DNA of 64,000 bases from Eledone cirrhosa. Lineage: Eukaryota. This document shows positions 41,946 to 57,258 of this stretch, piece after piece (position 1 is the first letter of the stretch; every line of letters begins with the position of its first letter). The stretch covers positions 167,524,001 through 167,588,000 of the forward strand of contig OZ024741.1 in the NCBI GenBank assembly GCA_964016885.1. The letters are read 5' to 3'. A program made the translations under genes and the position numbers. The notes under the pieces are model-generated. The model did not search any database. It was not told the origin of the DNA and was given only the letters and a program-made list of their open reading frames with translations.

Positions 41946-44900
41946 ATATGTATGTATATATGTGTTTATATATATCATCATCATCACTGTTTAACGTCCA
42001 TTTTCCATACTAGCATGGGTTAGATGAGCTGTCCCATTGCAAGATAAGTCAGGTCAGATGACTGTATCTTGCTCATGCAGAACTTATTTTGACTTGGTTT
42101 CTATGGCTGGATGCCCTTACTAATGCCAACCCCATTTATAGTGTGGACTGGGTGCTTTTTACCGTGGCGCCTACACGACCACTTTACAGTGTGGACTGGC
42201 TGCTTTTTGTTGTAGCACCAAAATGACCACTTTAAAGTGAGGACTGTGGACATGGGTGGGGGAGATAGATCGAGGGACATGAGTGAGGGATGGGGTGTTA
42301 GGACGTTCTTGCTAGCCTACCTGAAATCCAACTACATCTCTTGTGTACCCATAGTTTGCATTTGAGGCATAGCGTGGAATTTCTACCTACTCCTGTCCTG
42401 CACACTGAGCAAGTTCATTTCCTGGAGGGAATCTCAGCCCTGTTTTCCTTTCTACATACTAGGGCTTTTGTCTATGCCAAGTTAACTTTAAGACCTTTAG
42501 ATTCTAGACCTTGCTTCCAGATTTGGAATTTCTTCTCTAGTTCTGTCATAGATTCAGCTATAAGGGTTAGGTCATCGGCATACAGAATTTCCCTTGGGCA
42601 GCCAACCTTAAACTCTTTTGTTATAGCCTGTAGGATGATAATAAACATGAGTGGGCTAAGAATGGGGTGCTGGTGGACACAGACCTGCATGCTAAATTCT
42701 TCACTATAGTCATTGTTAATTCTAACCTTCTAACCTTGTTCCTCTATACATGGCTTGTGCTGCCTTCACAAGCCACTCACCTACTCCTAGTTTTTTTCTG
42801 TCTAGAGCATCTCCTTTGCCCTTGTAGCAGTTGAGGATGATGCTGGTATGCCAGTTGCTGGGAATCACACATTTTGTATTACTTAGTTTACAATACATAT
42901 ATTCATATATATAGACATGCGTGTGTGTGTGTGTATGTGTGTGCATGTATATATATATATATATATATGCTTGTGTGCATACTAGGTGTATATGTTTTTT
43001 TTTAATATAATTTATGTAAACATGTATATGTGTGTGTAGATGCTTGTTTGTATGTATTTACAAAACTAATCCCTGTCATCTCTTTCTTTAGGTACAACAA
43101 ATACTTCGACATAACAGGGGTTGGCCAATCAGACTCTCAGTCAGCAAGGTACAGTAAAGTTAATTTTCAAATTTATTTTCTCTAGAAATTTTGCTAAACA
43201 TTTATTAATTCTCAATGAAACCACATCAGCAAGTCATTCTTGAAAAGAAGAAATCATCACAACAATTCCATCATATGGAAAATTAATGTGTGTGTCTTTA
43301 ATCTAACATTGTCTATTTTCACAACAATCTGTCTTCTAGTTCTTGCAACATATGGAATGCACTGTACTTATAAGTCAAATGGCAGTTATTGCTACAAAAG
43401 GGCAAAAGTGTTTATATTATTTTAAAAAAATGGGCGGTGGATTGGCAGTATTGTTAGAGGGTCGGACGCCATGCTTTGACGCATAGAGTTACAGTCCTTT
43501 ATGATCTGAGTTCAAATCCAGCTGAGGTTAACTTTGCCTTTCATCCTTACAAGGTCGATAAAATAAAGTACCAGTAATACACTGAGATAATTGCTGGTCT
43601 TGTACCAAAAGTAGAAACAATTATTTAAAAAAAAACTTCCCTCATAATTTTATTTAACCCTTTAGCATTTGTATTACTCTATATTTACAATTATGTTTTC
43701 ATGGTACTGACTTTACCTTACGTAATTATCTCACATAATATCGAATTTGAGATTTTGATATTATTTATTTTGAGAACAATACCTTAACATCAATATGAAT
43801 GGTCAGTTACTGCCGGTTTAAAGAGAAAGAGGTGAGAGAATTTTGGCCGGATATGGCTGGATATACTGAAGGGTTAAGAAACTAAATACCTCCAAATTCT
43901 TATTTTCAAAATGATTTGCAAATTTTAGCCTGTTTTTCATTAGAGATATGGTATTAATTAATTAATTAATTTATTTAATTTAAACGTCCGTATAGAGCTA
44001 GTAAGCCATGACAGACTAGGGGAAGTATCGAGTACTCCTTACTGTTGGTAATCCAAAAAAGCTAGTGAGACAAATAATAATAAAAAAAAACTGGAAAAAA
44101 AAAAATTAAATCAAATTAAATTAAAATTTCAAATATTGAAGGCCAATGGGAGGCAGTATATGTATAAGAAAGCAAAAAAGAAAAGAGAAAACAAGGGACG
44201 CTGTAAAACAGCCGGAATTTTCTGTTGTTGAATCTTTTTGTAGCTTCCATGTATTCAAAGATTTTATTTATATTTGGTAGACCTGTAATCATATATTGAA
44301 CTTCCAATCTTGGTAGTTTTTTAAAGATTGGTTTCAACATGGCCTCTCTCTCAGACTGATAGTTTCTACATTGGAACAAATAGTGTCAAAGAGTTTTTAG
44401 AGAGTCATCACAAGAACATAGGTGAATCTCTACAACCTCTTCTTGATAAAATGTAGTTCAAAGATATATATCCAGTTCAAAACCAGCATAGCTTTTTGTT
44501 TGTTTGCATTACTCAATGATTGATCAAGTTTGAATGTTGTCAAATCTGGTTGAGAAAGTGGGGGATTGAAATTTGAAACAGCACACCTATATTTAACCCT
44601 TTAGTATTTACATTAATCTATATTTACTATTATATTTTCTTTAACTCACATAATTACCTCACTTAATATCGAGTCTGAGATTTTGATATTATTTATTTTG
44701 AGAACAATACATTAAAAACAATATTAGTGACCAGTTACAGTCAGTTTGAACAGAAAAAGGTGAGAGAATTCTGGCCGGATACGGCCAGTTTAAATGCTAG
44801 AGGGTTAAAATCATTATAGGTTGTTAAGACTTAATTAATGTCCTTTACTGCATGAAATTGCATAATTAGCAAGACATTCTTGAAAAATACAAAACAACAT

Positions 44901-47900
44901 TGACTGCATCACATTAAAAATTAAAATCTTTATCATAATGCAACAAATTTTCACAAAGATCTGTCCATTAGTAAAGATACAATAAATATTCGAATTTATA
45001 AACATGATTTTAGATATTTTTTGCTCAATCATTGTAGGATGTTAAGAGTTAATTAACAGCTTTACACATGCAACATTTAAAAAAAATCATTACAGGATGT
45101 AAAGAAATAATTTCTCAAGAAAGGAACTGAATTCCATTTAAATTCCAAAATTACCATTGCACCATTTAAAAAATATTTTCAATCGCCACCTCATAATTGT
45201 CACTTCATATATGTATATACAGGATATTCCCTACAAATGTATACCCACTTCAACAGCATTCTAATAAATATTGCCTGTACAGGTAATCAAAGTGTGTATA
45301 CATTTTTTGGGGGCACCCTGTATCTCTATTAGGGTTGGTTGAAAAGTTCATTGGCTGACTAAGATACTCTCATGGAATGATCGAATGAGGTTTATTTTTC
45401 AACATCTCTGAAAAGAAACAATGTAGCTATTAATAAAACGAGTTGAAATTAGTGCATGCAAGATTTCACAGCTCTAGCATCACTCCTTCATAGTCAGCCT
45501 ATAAACTTTTCAGCTGACCCTTGTATATATTCCACTTAGGGCAGCTATAGTCAAACAGGTTAAAAATGACATTATGCTTACTTACACGCACACACACACA
45601 CATGCACATATATATATCTATGTATGTAAAAAGTAAACAGTATCGGTACAGTATATGGAGCAAGAAACGCTGGTCGTCCCAAGAAGACATACGTCAAGCA
45701 ACTTGAGGACGATACTGGATACACTGCGGAAGAACTGGCAAACGCTATGAGAGACAGAGATGGATGGAGGAAAGGTGTCGTAGAAAGCCGAGCAAGCTCG
45801 ACCTGATGATGATGATGATGATATGGAAGGAATATATTAGGTTAATGTTTGAAATAGCTGGAAGAGGGTCTTAAGATTCGGACGCTAGTCCTTCATCAGA
45901 AGAAGGAATGAGAAATTAGAAAGATTGAAGGGACGGGCGGGGCGGAATCAGAAAAAATATTTTTAGAGGAAAATAACAGGTCCATTCATGTTGCCAAAAA
46001 TAAATCGAAATAAGAACATCTTAATTTCATTGTTCTGTAAAAAAAATGAATAGAAATAAGATTTTAAAAAACCCATCCCAGAGCACACTTATGCAAGGTA
46101 CAAAGGCAATCAGAATATAAAAAATATTACAGTGCATCTTCGCTTATCCGGATGGTCAAAACCAAACAGTTAGAAAAAGATCTGGTTAAGTGAATTGTAA
46201 AATCCCATTGTTACATAATGCTCATGGTTTCTAATGTTTTGGCTTCTTTTAGTCAAAATAAAAGACAAATGCTAAGTAAAGAAAGTTTATTAGAATAACA
46301 AAAGAACAGCTTGAATTTATAAGAAAATTAATTAAACAAACATAAGAATAACTAAAAACTTGGTAAAACTGAATTGAGTCAAACCATAAAAAGTTAGTAC
46401 TTTTTAAAAAATGAATAAATAGAAGATTGTTTTCGTGCCGAAGCTCGTCGTTCCGCTACCATTTCCCGCCAACGTAAACATGTCGCAGTGCTAACCAGAT
46501 CCGCCAGTCCCTCATACCTCAAATATGTTAAAAATCGGTCTATATGATGATATGCTTCCGCATGCGTCACGAGGCGTTTCTCGACAACTTTTGCGACTAA
46601 AACTTCCTCTTCTTCGTCATCCCCCTTTTGACTTACGTGTTCAACAATTCCAACGTCATCGAAATGTTCATACCCTAACCTGTCATTCTCAAACCAATCG
46701 ATCAAATCTTCCGCCAAACTCTCACCAGCAATTTCTGTCAAACCTGTTAAAAGCGCTTCGTCCGTAATTGGAATTTCATAATTGTCCTCGTTTCCTTCTG
46801 CATTATCCTTGTTCTCATCCGACATCAATTTTTTTCACGATTGACGCAAAGTTTCCTCAGTTATTGAGTCCCACGCAACAGCTGAATGGTCAACCACCTC
46901 CCTCATGTTTATCGCACGTAAAAATGGAATCATTCCCGTGTCCCCTTTTCCGATCAAATCCCGCAGCAATTGTTTTCTGTAAATCCGCTTTAGTGTCTCC
47001 AAAACTCCCTGATCCATTGGCTGAATAAGTGACGTAACGTTCGCCGGAAGAAATGCTGCCCGAATCTGTCCGTCTCCTGAAATCAAGTCCTCCTCATCCG
47101 GATGCACTGCACAATTTTTCAAAACAAGAATCGCTTTTGTCTTCACCCCATCTTAGCCAAAGCGGACAAGCGGAACGAAAACTTTGTGAAACCACTCGCC
47201 GAAAATTTCTAGAGTTACTCAAGCATTCTTCGAGTTCCGATAGGTGACCGGCAACTTCTTCATGTTTATTCCTGCAAAACATCTCGGCCGCTTCGCTTTT
47301 CCAATGAAGAGAAGGGGAAGTTTGATTGTCCCGGAAGCATTCATCATCATTCATCATCATCATTTTATTTTATGTCCGCTTTTCCCTGCTTGTAAGGGTG
47401 GGACGGGAACTGATTCTGGCTTGATTTCTACAGCTGGATGCCCTTCCTAACACCAACCTCATTTACAGTGAGTGCTGGGTGCTTTTTTGCCGTGGCACCT
47501 GCACGACCACTTTGCAGTGGAATGATATGGACCCCAGTCCCTATCATCTCATTTCTACAGCTGAGTAAACTGGAGCAATGTGAGATAAAGTGTCTTGATC
47601 AAGGAAACAACACATCACCCGGTCTGAGAATTGAACTCACAACCTGTCGATTGCAAGGCCAATGCTCTAACCACTAAGCCATGTGCCTCCAATGCGGAAA
47701 TGGTTACCCGGTCTTCCGGTTTCTTCATTCCTTCGGGGTCGTTTTCGAGGGCAGCAGCTAGTGTACGCGAAGGGAGAAGTCGGAAGCAAAGGCCCGTCTC
47801 GTTGGCATTGAAAATTTGATCCGGAGTGTAGCCGGCAATTATTGTTGGAAAATGTTGGACGTAATCTTCAGCTGCTTCTTTATTTGCGCTGACTTTCTCA

Positions 47901-50900
47901 CCCGAGATGGTGAGATTCAGTATTCCATAACGGCGGCAAAATTTTGTTTGGTAGCCCGTGCTTGCAAGAAAGTCTTTTTCCGCGTCAGGATAAAGCCACT
48001 GGTAGAAGTCCGATGCCTATAAAAGAATGTATGAAAACTTGTTTATTTTCCAGATCTCATGAATATTTAAAGAGATTTAAACAAAACAGGGGAAAGACAA
48101 CATTGGGCAGGCAGCTCATGCACTTTTCAAGTGCAGGGAAAGGCAGCTCATGCACTTTTCAAGTGCAGGGAAAGGCAGCTCATTAATATAAAACCGGTTT
48201 AAACAAGATGAGTAAATTACACTGTGCACACCTTTTCCATTAAAATAGGTCCGGAAAGAGGAACGTTTTTTTCTCGGAGCTGCCGAAGCCAAATGTACAA
48301 TGCCTGGTCTAATTGCTCGTAGTCTGACGTTTTCAGGCATTTCGCTTTCTTTTCCACTCCCTTCAAACCAATTTGTAATTTTTCCGATACGAATCCGCGT
48401 AGCTTGGCTTCCGACCATTTGATATCCGATATTGTATCTTTTCGCAAGTTCATTTGGCGTAGCTGTTTTCTTTTTCAATGCATCACATATAGAGAGCTTA
48501 TCCGCGATAGTCAAAACAACTCGCTTTCGCTTTTCGCCAGCCATTATGTTTAACTGAGAGCCAAGTTAGTTTTCTTAGCTTTTAAACAGTCAATCAAATA
48601 AAAGAAATCAATACACGCCACGTGTTAGCTGCGTGTGACGGCTAGGCACAAGTAGCCAACCGGCACTAGGCGCGTTTTCTATAAACTTCATAAACCTTCA
48701 GATAAACATAAACCTTCATAAACAACCTTCAAATACACATTGTTTGTAGTATAGAAATAGCCATCCGGTAAATCGAATTTCAGAAAAGCGATATCTGGAT
48801 AAGCCAAGATGCACTGTACTTACATTTACATTACTTGTTATACCTAAATTTTACCTATACAGCTGTTTCAAACCTCCCCAAGAAAAACCCCACCAATTAC
48901 ATGGTTAAAATAAACATGGTAGAATTAATGGATTTGAAGACCCAGATTCTCATCATCATCATCATCATTTTACGTCCACTTTTCCCTGCTTGCAAGGGTC
49001 GGACGGGAACTGACCGTGGCTTGATTTCTACAGCTGGATGCCCTTCCTAACACCAACCTCATTTACAGTGAGTGCTGGGTGGTTTTTGCCGTGGCACCTC
49101 CACGACCACTTTGCAGTGGAATGATAGGGATCCCAGTCCCTATCATCTCATTTCTACAGCTGAGTAAACTGGAGCAATGTGAAATAAAGTGTCTTGCTCA
49201 ATGAAACAACACATCACCCGGTCTGAGAATTGAACTCACAACCTTTTGATTGCAAGGCCAATGCTCTAACCACTAAGCCATGTGCCTCCAGTAGGTGATA
49301 TCTTTTAACTAGTACCAAAAAATATAATTCATCCACTAAGGGAGTAATTGTACACACACACACGCACACGCCCACACACACACACGCCCACACACACACA
49401 CGCACACGCACACACATGTATATATATATATATATCAAATTTAATATAGAATGATTATATATATATATAGTATATATATATGTATACAGTATATATATAC
49501 AGTATATATATATATATATATATGGTAGGTTTACAAACAGCAATATACAAATATACAAGATAAACAGCAACTGACAGGCACAGCACCGATGAAATAAACC
49601 CCTTTGATAGAAAACTACCTGAAACATCCATTGTTCTATAATACAAAACTGTTTAGTTTTATCTAAAAACCTTATATATAATTCTATGTAAGAACTTTTA
49701 TGACTAAATCCCTGAAAATTATAGATTATTTTTGAAATGATTTGAAAACCATAAGCAATGCTTTTCATCAGAAATACAGTAATAAATGGGTTAAAATATA
49801 CAGTAGATAGCCAAAAGCTAATATTTTCAAAGTGAAGCTAATCTCATTATACAAGGAATAATGAATGGGAATAATTTAAGAAAAACTATTGGCAATATAA
49901 TATAAAGTGACAAAGTGATAACATTACAAATGGAATTTCAAATTAACTCTTTTGTTACCGTATCTCTAATGAAAGACAGCCTAAAATTTTCAAATCATTT
50001 TGAAAATAATCAAGAATTTGGAGGTATTTAGTAAAATAACAACCTCCTTCATTATTAATCTGGTGTTTGGAGTATAATTCAACAAAGGTTCTGAAATAAA
50101 ATTGTGAGGGAAGTTTTGTTTTAAATAATATAAACACTTTTTCCCTTTTGTTGCAAGAACTGTTCTATGAATTATAGGTACAGTGCATTCCATAAGTTTC
50201 CATACAGCTTCTGTCTACCCAATCTCATTCATAAGGCTTGGTTCAATTGGGGGTAACCACAGTAATTAAGGTACTCAATACATTAACTGTTCTAGTCCAG
50301 GAGAAGCCATATTAATGTAAAAATGTTGTTAAATTGTTTTAAAAACAATTTAACAATATTTTTACCATTAGACTTCGTCTAATAGCTGTTAATATAACTC
50401 GCACATAAAGCAAAGTGAACTATTTCTTAATAGAAAATTTAAAGATAGGAATGCATTGTATAATATATTTCCCCTACTAACATGGCTAGTAATACAGTGG
50501 AATTAATCTTTACTACACACATATATTTTTAAACCGTAGACATCTCAAACTCATTACAACTAAAATTAAAGACATTCCAAGTACACTACATTTGCTTTAC
50601 ACCCAACATATACATTTATACACAAAATATAAAAATTCTTGAATGACAATTACCTATCTCATTTACTTACGTTTTTTGCATTATACATTACACAACATTT
50701 ATTCACTTTATCATTACATATTTCATCATCATCATCATCATCGTTTAACGTCCATCTTCCACGCTTGCATGGGTTTGGACGGGAGTTTTCCCACTTGAGG
50801 CAAGATTGATTGTCCTGCTCGTATAGGACTGTCTGGCGAGTTTTCTATGGCTGGATGCCCTTCCTAACACCAACCACGTTTACAGTGTAGGCTGGGAGGT

Positions 50901-52845
50901 TTTTACCGTGTTACCTACACGGCCACATTACAGCGTGGACTGTGTGTTTTTTTGTCGTGACACCTACACGTCTGGCGGGTTTTCTACGGCTGGGTGCCCT
51001 TCCCAACACCAACCACATTTACAGTGTGGACTGGGAGGTTTTTACCGTGTTACCTACACGGCCACATTACAGCGTGGACTGTGTGTTTTTTTGTCGTGAC
51101 ACCTACACGACCTCATTTGTTTCGGACTGGATGTTGTGGTACCAACATAACTTCACATTTAAGGGGGTGGTGTGGATGGGGCTGGGGGTAGTGGGACGGG
51201 GTTTATTTTGTTAGAGGTGCCTACTGACTATAGGTTTCGCTTTGTACTTAGGCAAGGCGGGTCTTCTGTATAACTGTGTAGCGCCAAAGATCTCGGTCCA
51301 GTGACATTGTCTTGGAGAGGTGTGTGTGAGGTTGGAATTTATCAAGTCGTCCCAGGTTTTTCTGGGTCTGCCTACTCCGTGGCTACCGTCTATTTTTATT
51401 ACCCTACACTTTTTTATACAGCTGTCGTCTTTCATGCGCATTACGTGACCATACCAACGTAGTCTTCTCTCGAGTAAACAACATCTGATCCCTCTTATTC
51501 CTAATTTCTCCCTTAGTTCGTTTATGCTTTGCCGTTCACGTATATTACTATTACACATCCAGCGGAGCATGCAAGCTTCGTTCCTCTCCAGTCTGCGTAT
51601 ATCCTCTGCACACAATGCCCGGTCTCACTGCCATGTAACATTGCTGTTCGTATGCAGGCATCATACAGCCATTTCTTTACCATAATGCATGCCATTTTTA
51701 ACATCTTTAACACTTTTAATATGCTTTAACATTCTGTATGAAATATGCTTGATTGATTCATTTTATAACTCTTACCTCATGCATGCTTTTATTAATTTTT
51801 GCTTGATATACCCTTAATATTACCTTCTTTTCAATGCTATGATATCTTTTAGCTATCTTCTCTAACACCTTTTTTGCTTGGTATCTTTTGCACATGTATT
51901 ACCTTAAAGAATATCTTTATATATAATATGCTCAATATTTCACTTTTCACCATTGCTCCTTATACTGTGATATCTGTAACATAATATCTTTTTGTAACTC
52001 CTGCTTTTCAATATGATGTCACTGATACTGTCAATAGTTATCTATCTTTATCAATGTTCTGAAGACTAAGATTATAATTACTCGTTTAAACATTGTGTAT
52101 GCTCTGATGATTCCAGATATTCGTCTGGAAGAAACAATTGTCAGCAATTAAATGTATTAAACTAAAATTTGATTGTTTTATATGTTGTATCTCGGCTCTG
52201 TAATACATTTGATAATTTACATTTGATCCTTTTCTCTAACTGGTAATTGGCTAGTGCTTAGTACTAATCTCCTTAATTATAATTATATATAACTCATATG
52301 TAAGTATAAATATTATTATTATTGGCAGTATCGGTAGAGAGTCGGACACTATGCTTTGAAGCATAGAGTTACGTCCCTTTATGATCTGAGTTCATATCCC
52401 GCCGAGGTTAACTTTGCCTTTCATCCTTACGGGGTCGATAAAATAAAGTACCAGTATTGTACTGGACTTGTGCCTAAATATAGAAGCAATTATTACTTAT
52501 ATATATATATGGAGGCACATGGCTTAGTGGTTAGAACATTGGCCTTGCAATCAAAAGGTTGTGAGTTCAATTCTCAGACCGGGTGATGTGTTGTTTCCTT
52601 GAGCAAGATACTTTATTTCACATTGCTCCAGTTTACTCAGCTGTAGAAATGAGATGATAGGGACTGGGGTCCCTATCATTCCACTGCAAAGTGGTCGTGG
52701 AGGTGCCACGGCAAAAAAGCACCCAGCACTCACTGTAAATGAGGTTGGTGTTAGGAAGGGCATCCAGCTGTAGAAATCAAGCCAGAATCAGTTCCCCTCC
52801 CACCCTTACAAGCAGGGAAAAAGCGGACGTAAAATGAAATGATGA

Positions 52846-52878
<33 letters not shown>

Positions 52879-53272
52879 ATGGATATATATATATATATAT
52901 CATCATCATCTTCGTTTAACGTCCATTTTCCACGCTAGGGGTTTGTCCCACTTGAGGTAAGGTTGGTCGGGTGACCGTGTCTCGCTCACATAGGACTAGC
53001 GGGCAGGATGCCCTTCCTAACACCAACCACATTTACAGTGTGGAACTGGGAACTTTTTACCGTGTTACCTACACGGCCACATTACAGCGTGACTGACACC
53101 AACACGATCTTGATCTCATTATCTCATTTATTTGGACTGGATGTTGTGGTACCAACTTTACAGAGTATGTATATTCTATATATATATATATATAATGTAT
53201 ATATATATATATATTGTATATATATATAATGTGTATATATATATAATGTATATATATATATATATGTATATA

Positions 53273-53327
<55 letters not shown>

Positions 53328-53332
53328 GTATG

Positions 53333-53371
<39 letters not shown>

Positions 53372-53398
53372 GTATGTATATATATATATATATGTATG

Positions 53399-53429
<31 letters not shown>

Positions 53430-53430
53430 G

Positions 53431-53483
<53 letters not shown>

Positions 53484-53558
53484 GTATATATATATGTATA
53501 TATATATGTATATATATATGTATATATATATGTATATATATATGTATATATATATGTA

Positions 53559-53641
<83 letters not shown>

Positions 53642-54712
53642 ATATATGTATATATATATGTATATATATATGTATATATATATGTATATATATATGTATA
53701 TGTATATGTATATATATATGTGTATATGTATATGTATATATGTATATGTATATATATATGTATATGTATATATATATGTGTATATGTATATGTATATATA
53801 TATGTGTATATGTATATGTATATATGTATATGTATATATATATGTGTATATGTATATGTATATATGTATATATATGTATATATATGTATATATGTATATG
53901 TGTATATATGTATATGTATATATATGTATATATGTATATATATGTATATATATGTATATATGTATATATATGTATATATATATGTGTATATATATGTATA
54001 TATATATGTGTATATATATGTATATATATATATGTATATATATATGTATATATGTATATATATATGTATATATGTATATATATATATGTGTATATATATG
54101 TATATATATATATGTATATATATATATGTATATATATATATGTGTATATATATATGTGTATATATATATGTATATATATATATGTGTATATATATATGTG
54201 TATATATATATGTATATATATATATGTGTATATATATATGTGTATATATATATGTGTATATATATATGTGTATATATATGTATATATATATATGTATATA
54301 TATATATGTGTATATATATATGTGTATATATATATGTGTATATATATATGTGTATATATATATGTGTATATATATATGTGTATATATATATGTGTATATA
54401 TATATGTGTATATATATATGTGTATATATATATGTGTATATATATATGTATATATATATATGTGTATATATATATATGTGTATATATATATGTATATATA
54501 TATATGTGTATATATATATATGTATATATATATATGTGTATATATATATGTGTATATATATATGTATATATATATATGTATATATATATATGTATATATA
54601 TATATGTATATATATATATGTATATATATATATGTATATATGTATATGTATATATACATATGTATATATATATATGTATATATGTATATATATATATGTA
54701 TATATATATATG

Positions 54713-54803
<91 letters not shown>

Positions 54804-54874
54804 GTATATATATATATGTGTATATATATATATGTATATATATATATGTATATATATATGTGTATATATATATG

Positions 54875-54905
<31 letters not shown>

Positions 54906-55089
54906 GTATATATGTATATTGTATTGAAGACGCAGGACATGGCAGCGATAATGACGGACAGAGACCGCTGTAGAGAACTCGTTCATGGATCTCGGGAATT
55001 TTAGCCGCCTTAGATATAGATAGATAGATATATGCATATATATATATATATATATTGCATATATATATATATTGTATATATATATATAT

Positions 55090-55141
<52 letters not shown>

Positions 55142-55669
55142 ATATATATTGTGTATATATATATATATATATTGTATATATATATATAATTGTATATATA
55201 TATATTGTATATATATATATATATATTGTATATATATATATTGTATATATATATATATTGTATATATATATATATATATTGTATATATATATATATATAT
55301 ATTGTATATATATATATATATATATTGTATATATATATATTGTATATCATCATCATCATCATCATATATATATATATATATTTGTTTCTACTTTAGGCAC
55401 AAGGCCAGCAATTACCCATTGCATTACTGGTACTTTATTTTATCGACCCCGTAAGGATGAAAGGCAAAGTCAACCTCGGCGGGATTTGAACTCAGATCGT
55501 AAAGGGACGTAACTATGCTTGGAAACCATGGCGTCCGACCCTCTACCAATACTGCCAATCCACCATATATATATATTGTATATATATATATTGTATATAT
55601 ATATATATATATATATATTGTATATATATATATATATTGTATATATATATTGTATATATATATATATTG

Positions 55670-55701
<32 letters not shown>

Positions 55702-57221
55702 TGTATATATATATATATATATATATTGTATATATATTGTATATATATATATATTGTATATATATAATGTGTATATATATATATATATATTGTATATATA
55801 TAATGTATATATATATATATTGTATATATATATATACTGTATATAGATATATATTGTATATATATATTGTATATAGATATATATTGTATATATGTATTGT
55901 ATATATATATATATATTGTATATATATATATATATTGTATATATATATATATTGTATATATATATTGTATATATATATTGTATATATATATATTGTATAT
56001 ATATATATATTGCATATATATATATCGTATATATATATAATGTATATATATATATTGTATATATATAATGTATATATACATATATGTATATATATATAAT
56101 GTATATATACATTTATGTATATATATATATATATATTGTATATATATATATATATTGTATATATATATATATATTGTATATATATATATATATTGTATAT
56201 ATATATATATTGTATATATATATATATATTGTATATATATATATATTGTATATATATATATATTGTATATATATATATATATTGTATATATATATATTGT
56301 ATATATACATATATATAATGTATATATATATGTATGTATATATATATGTATGTATATATATATGTATATATATATATATATATTGTATATATACATATAT
56401 ATAATGTATATATATATGTATGTATATATATATATATATATATATATTGTATATATATATATTGTATATATATATATATATATATATCGTATATATATAT
56501 TGTATATATATATATTGTATATATATATATTGTATATATATATATTGTATATATATATATATATTGTATATATATATATATATTGTATATATATATATAT
56601 ATATTGTATATATATATATATATATATTGTATATATATATTGTATATATATATATATTGTGTATATATATATATATTGTATATATATATATATATATTGT
56701 ATATATATATATATTGTATATATATATATATTGTTTATATATATAATGTATATATATATAATGTATATATATATAATGTATATATATATATTGTATATAT
56801 ATATATTGTATATATATATATGTTGTATATATATATATATATATTGTATATAAATATATATATATTGTATATATATATATATTGTATACATATATATATA
56901 TTGTATATATATATATTGTATATATATATTGTATATGTATATATATATTGTATATATATATATATATATATATTGTATATATATATATATATTGTATATA
57001 TATATATATTGTATATATATATATTGTATATATATATTGTATATATATATATATATATATATTGTATATATATATATATATATATATTGTATATATATAT
57101 TGTATATATATATATATATTGTGTATATATATATATATATTGTATATATATATTGTATATATATATATATATTGTGTATATATATATATATATTGTATAT
57201 ATATATTGTATATATATATAT

Positions 57222-57258
<37 letters not shown>

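Noticed and set aside
45865-45907. Minus-strand hammerhead-like CTGATGA-aggac/gtcc-GAAT
   Set aside because: GAAA altered to GAAT and no workable stem III; at most a relic.
49530-49646. Possible nested antisense exon encoding a hydrophobic segment ([32 protein letters not shown])
   Set aside because: No partner exons or recognisable domain found; runs into (TA)n; T-rich DNA readily gives hydrophobic translations.
52511-52582. tRNA genes at SINE heads
   Set aside because: A/B boxes present but no complete cloverleaf; contiguous with SINE body and tail in multiple copies.
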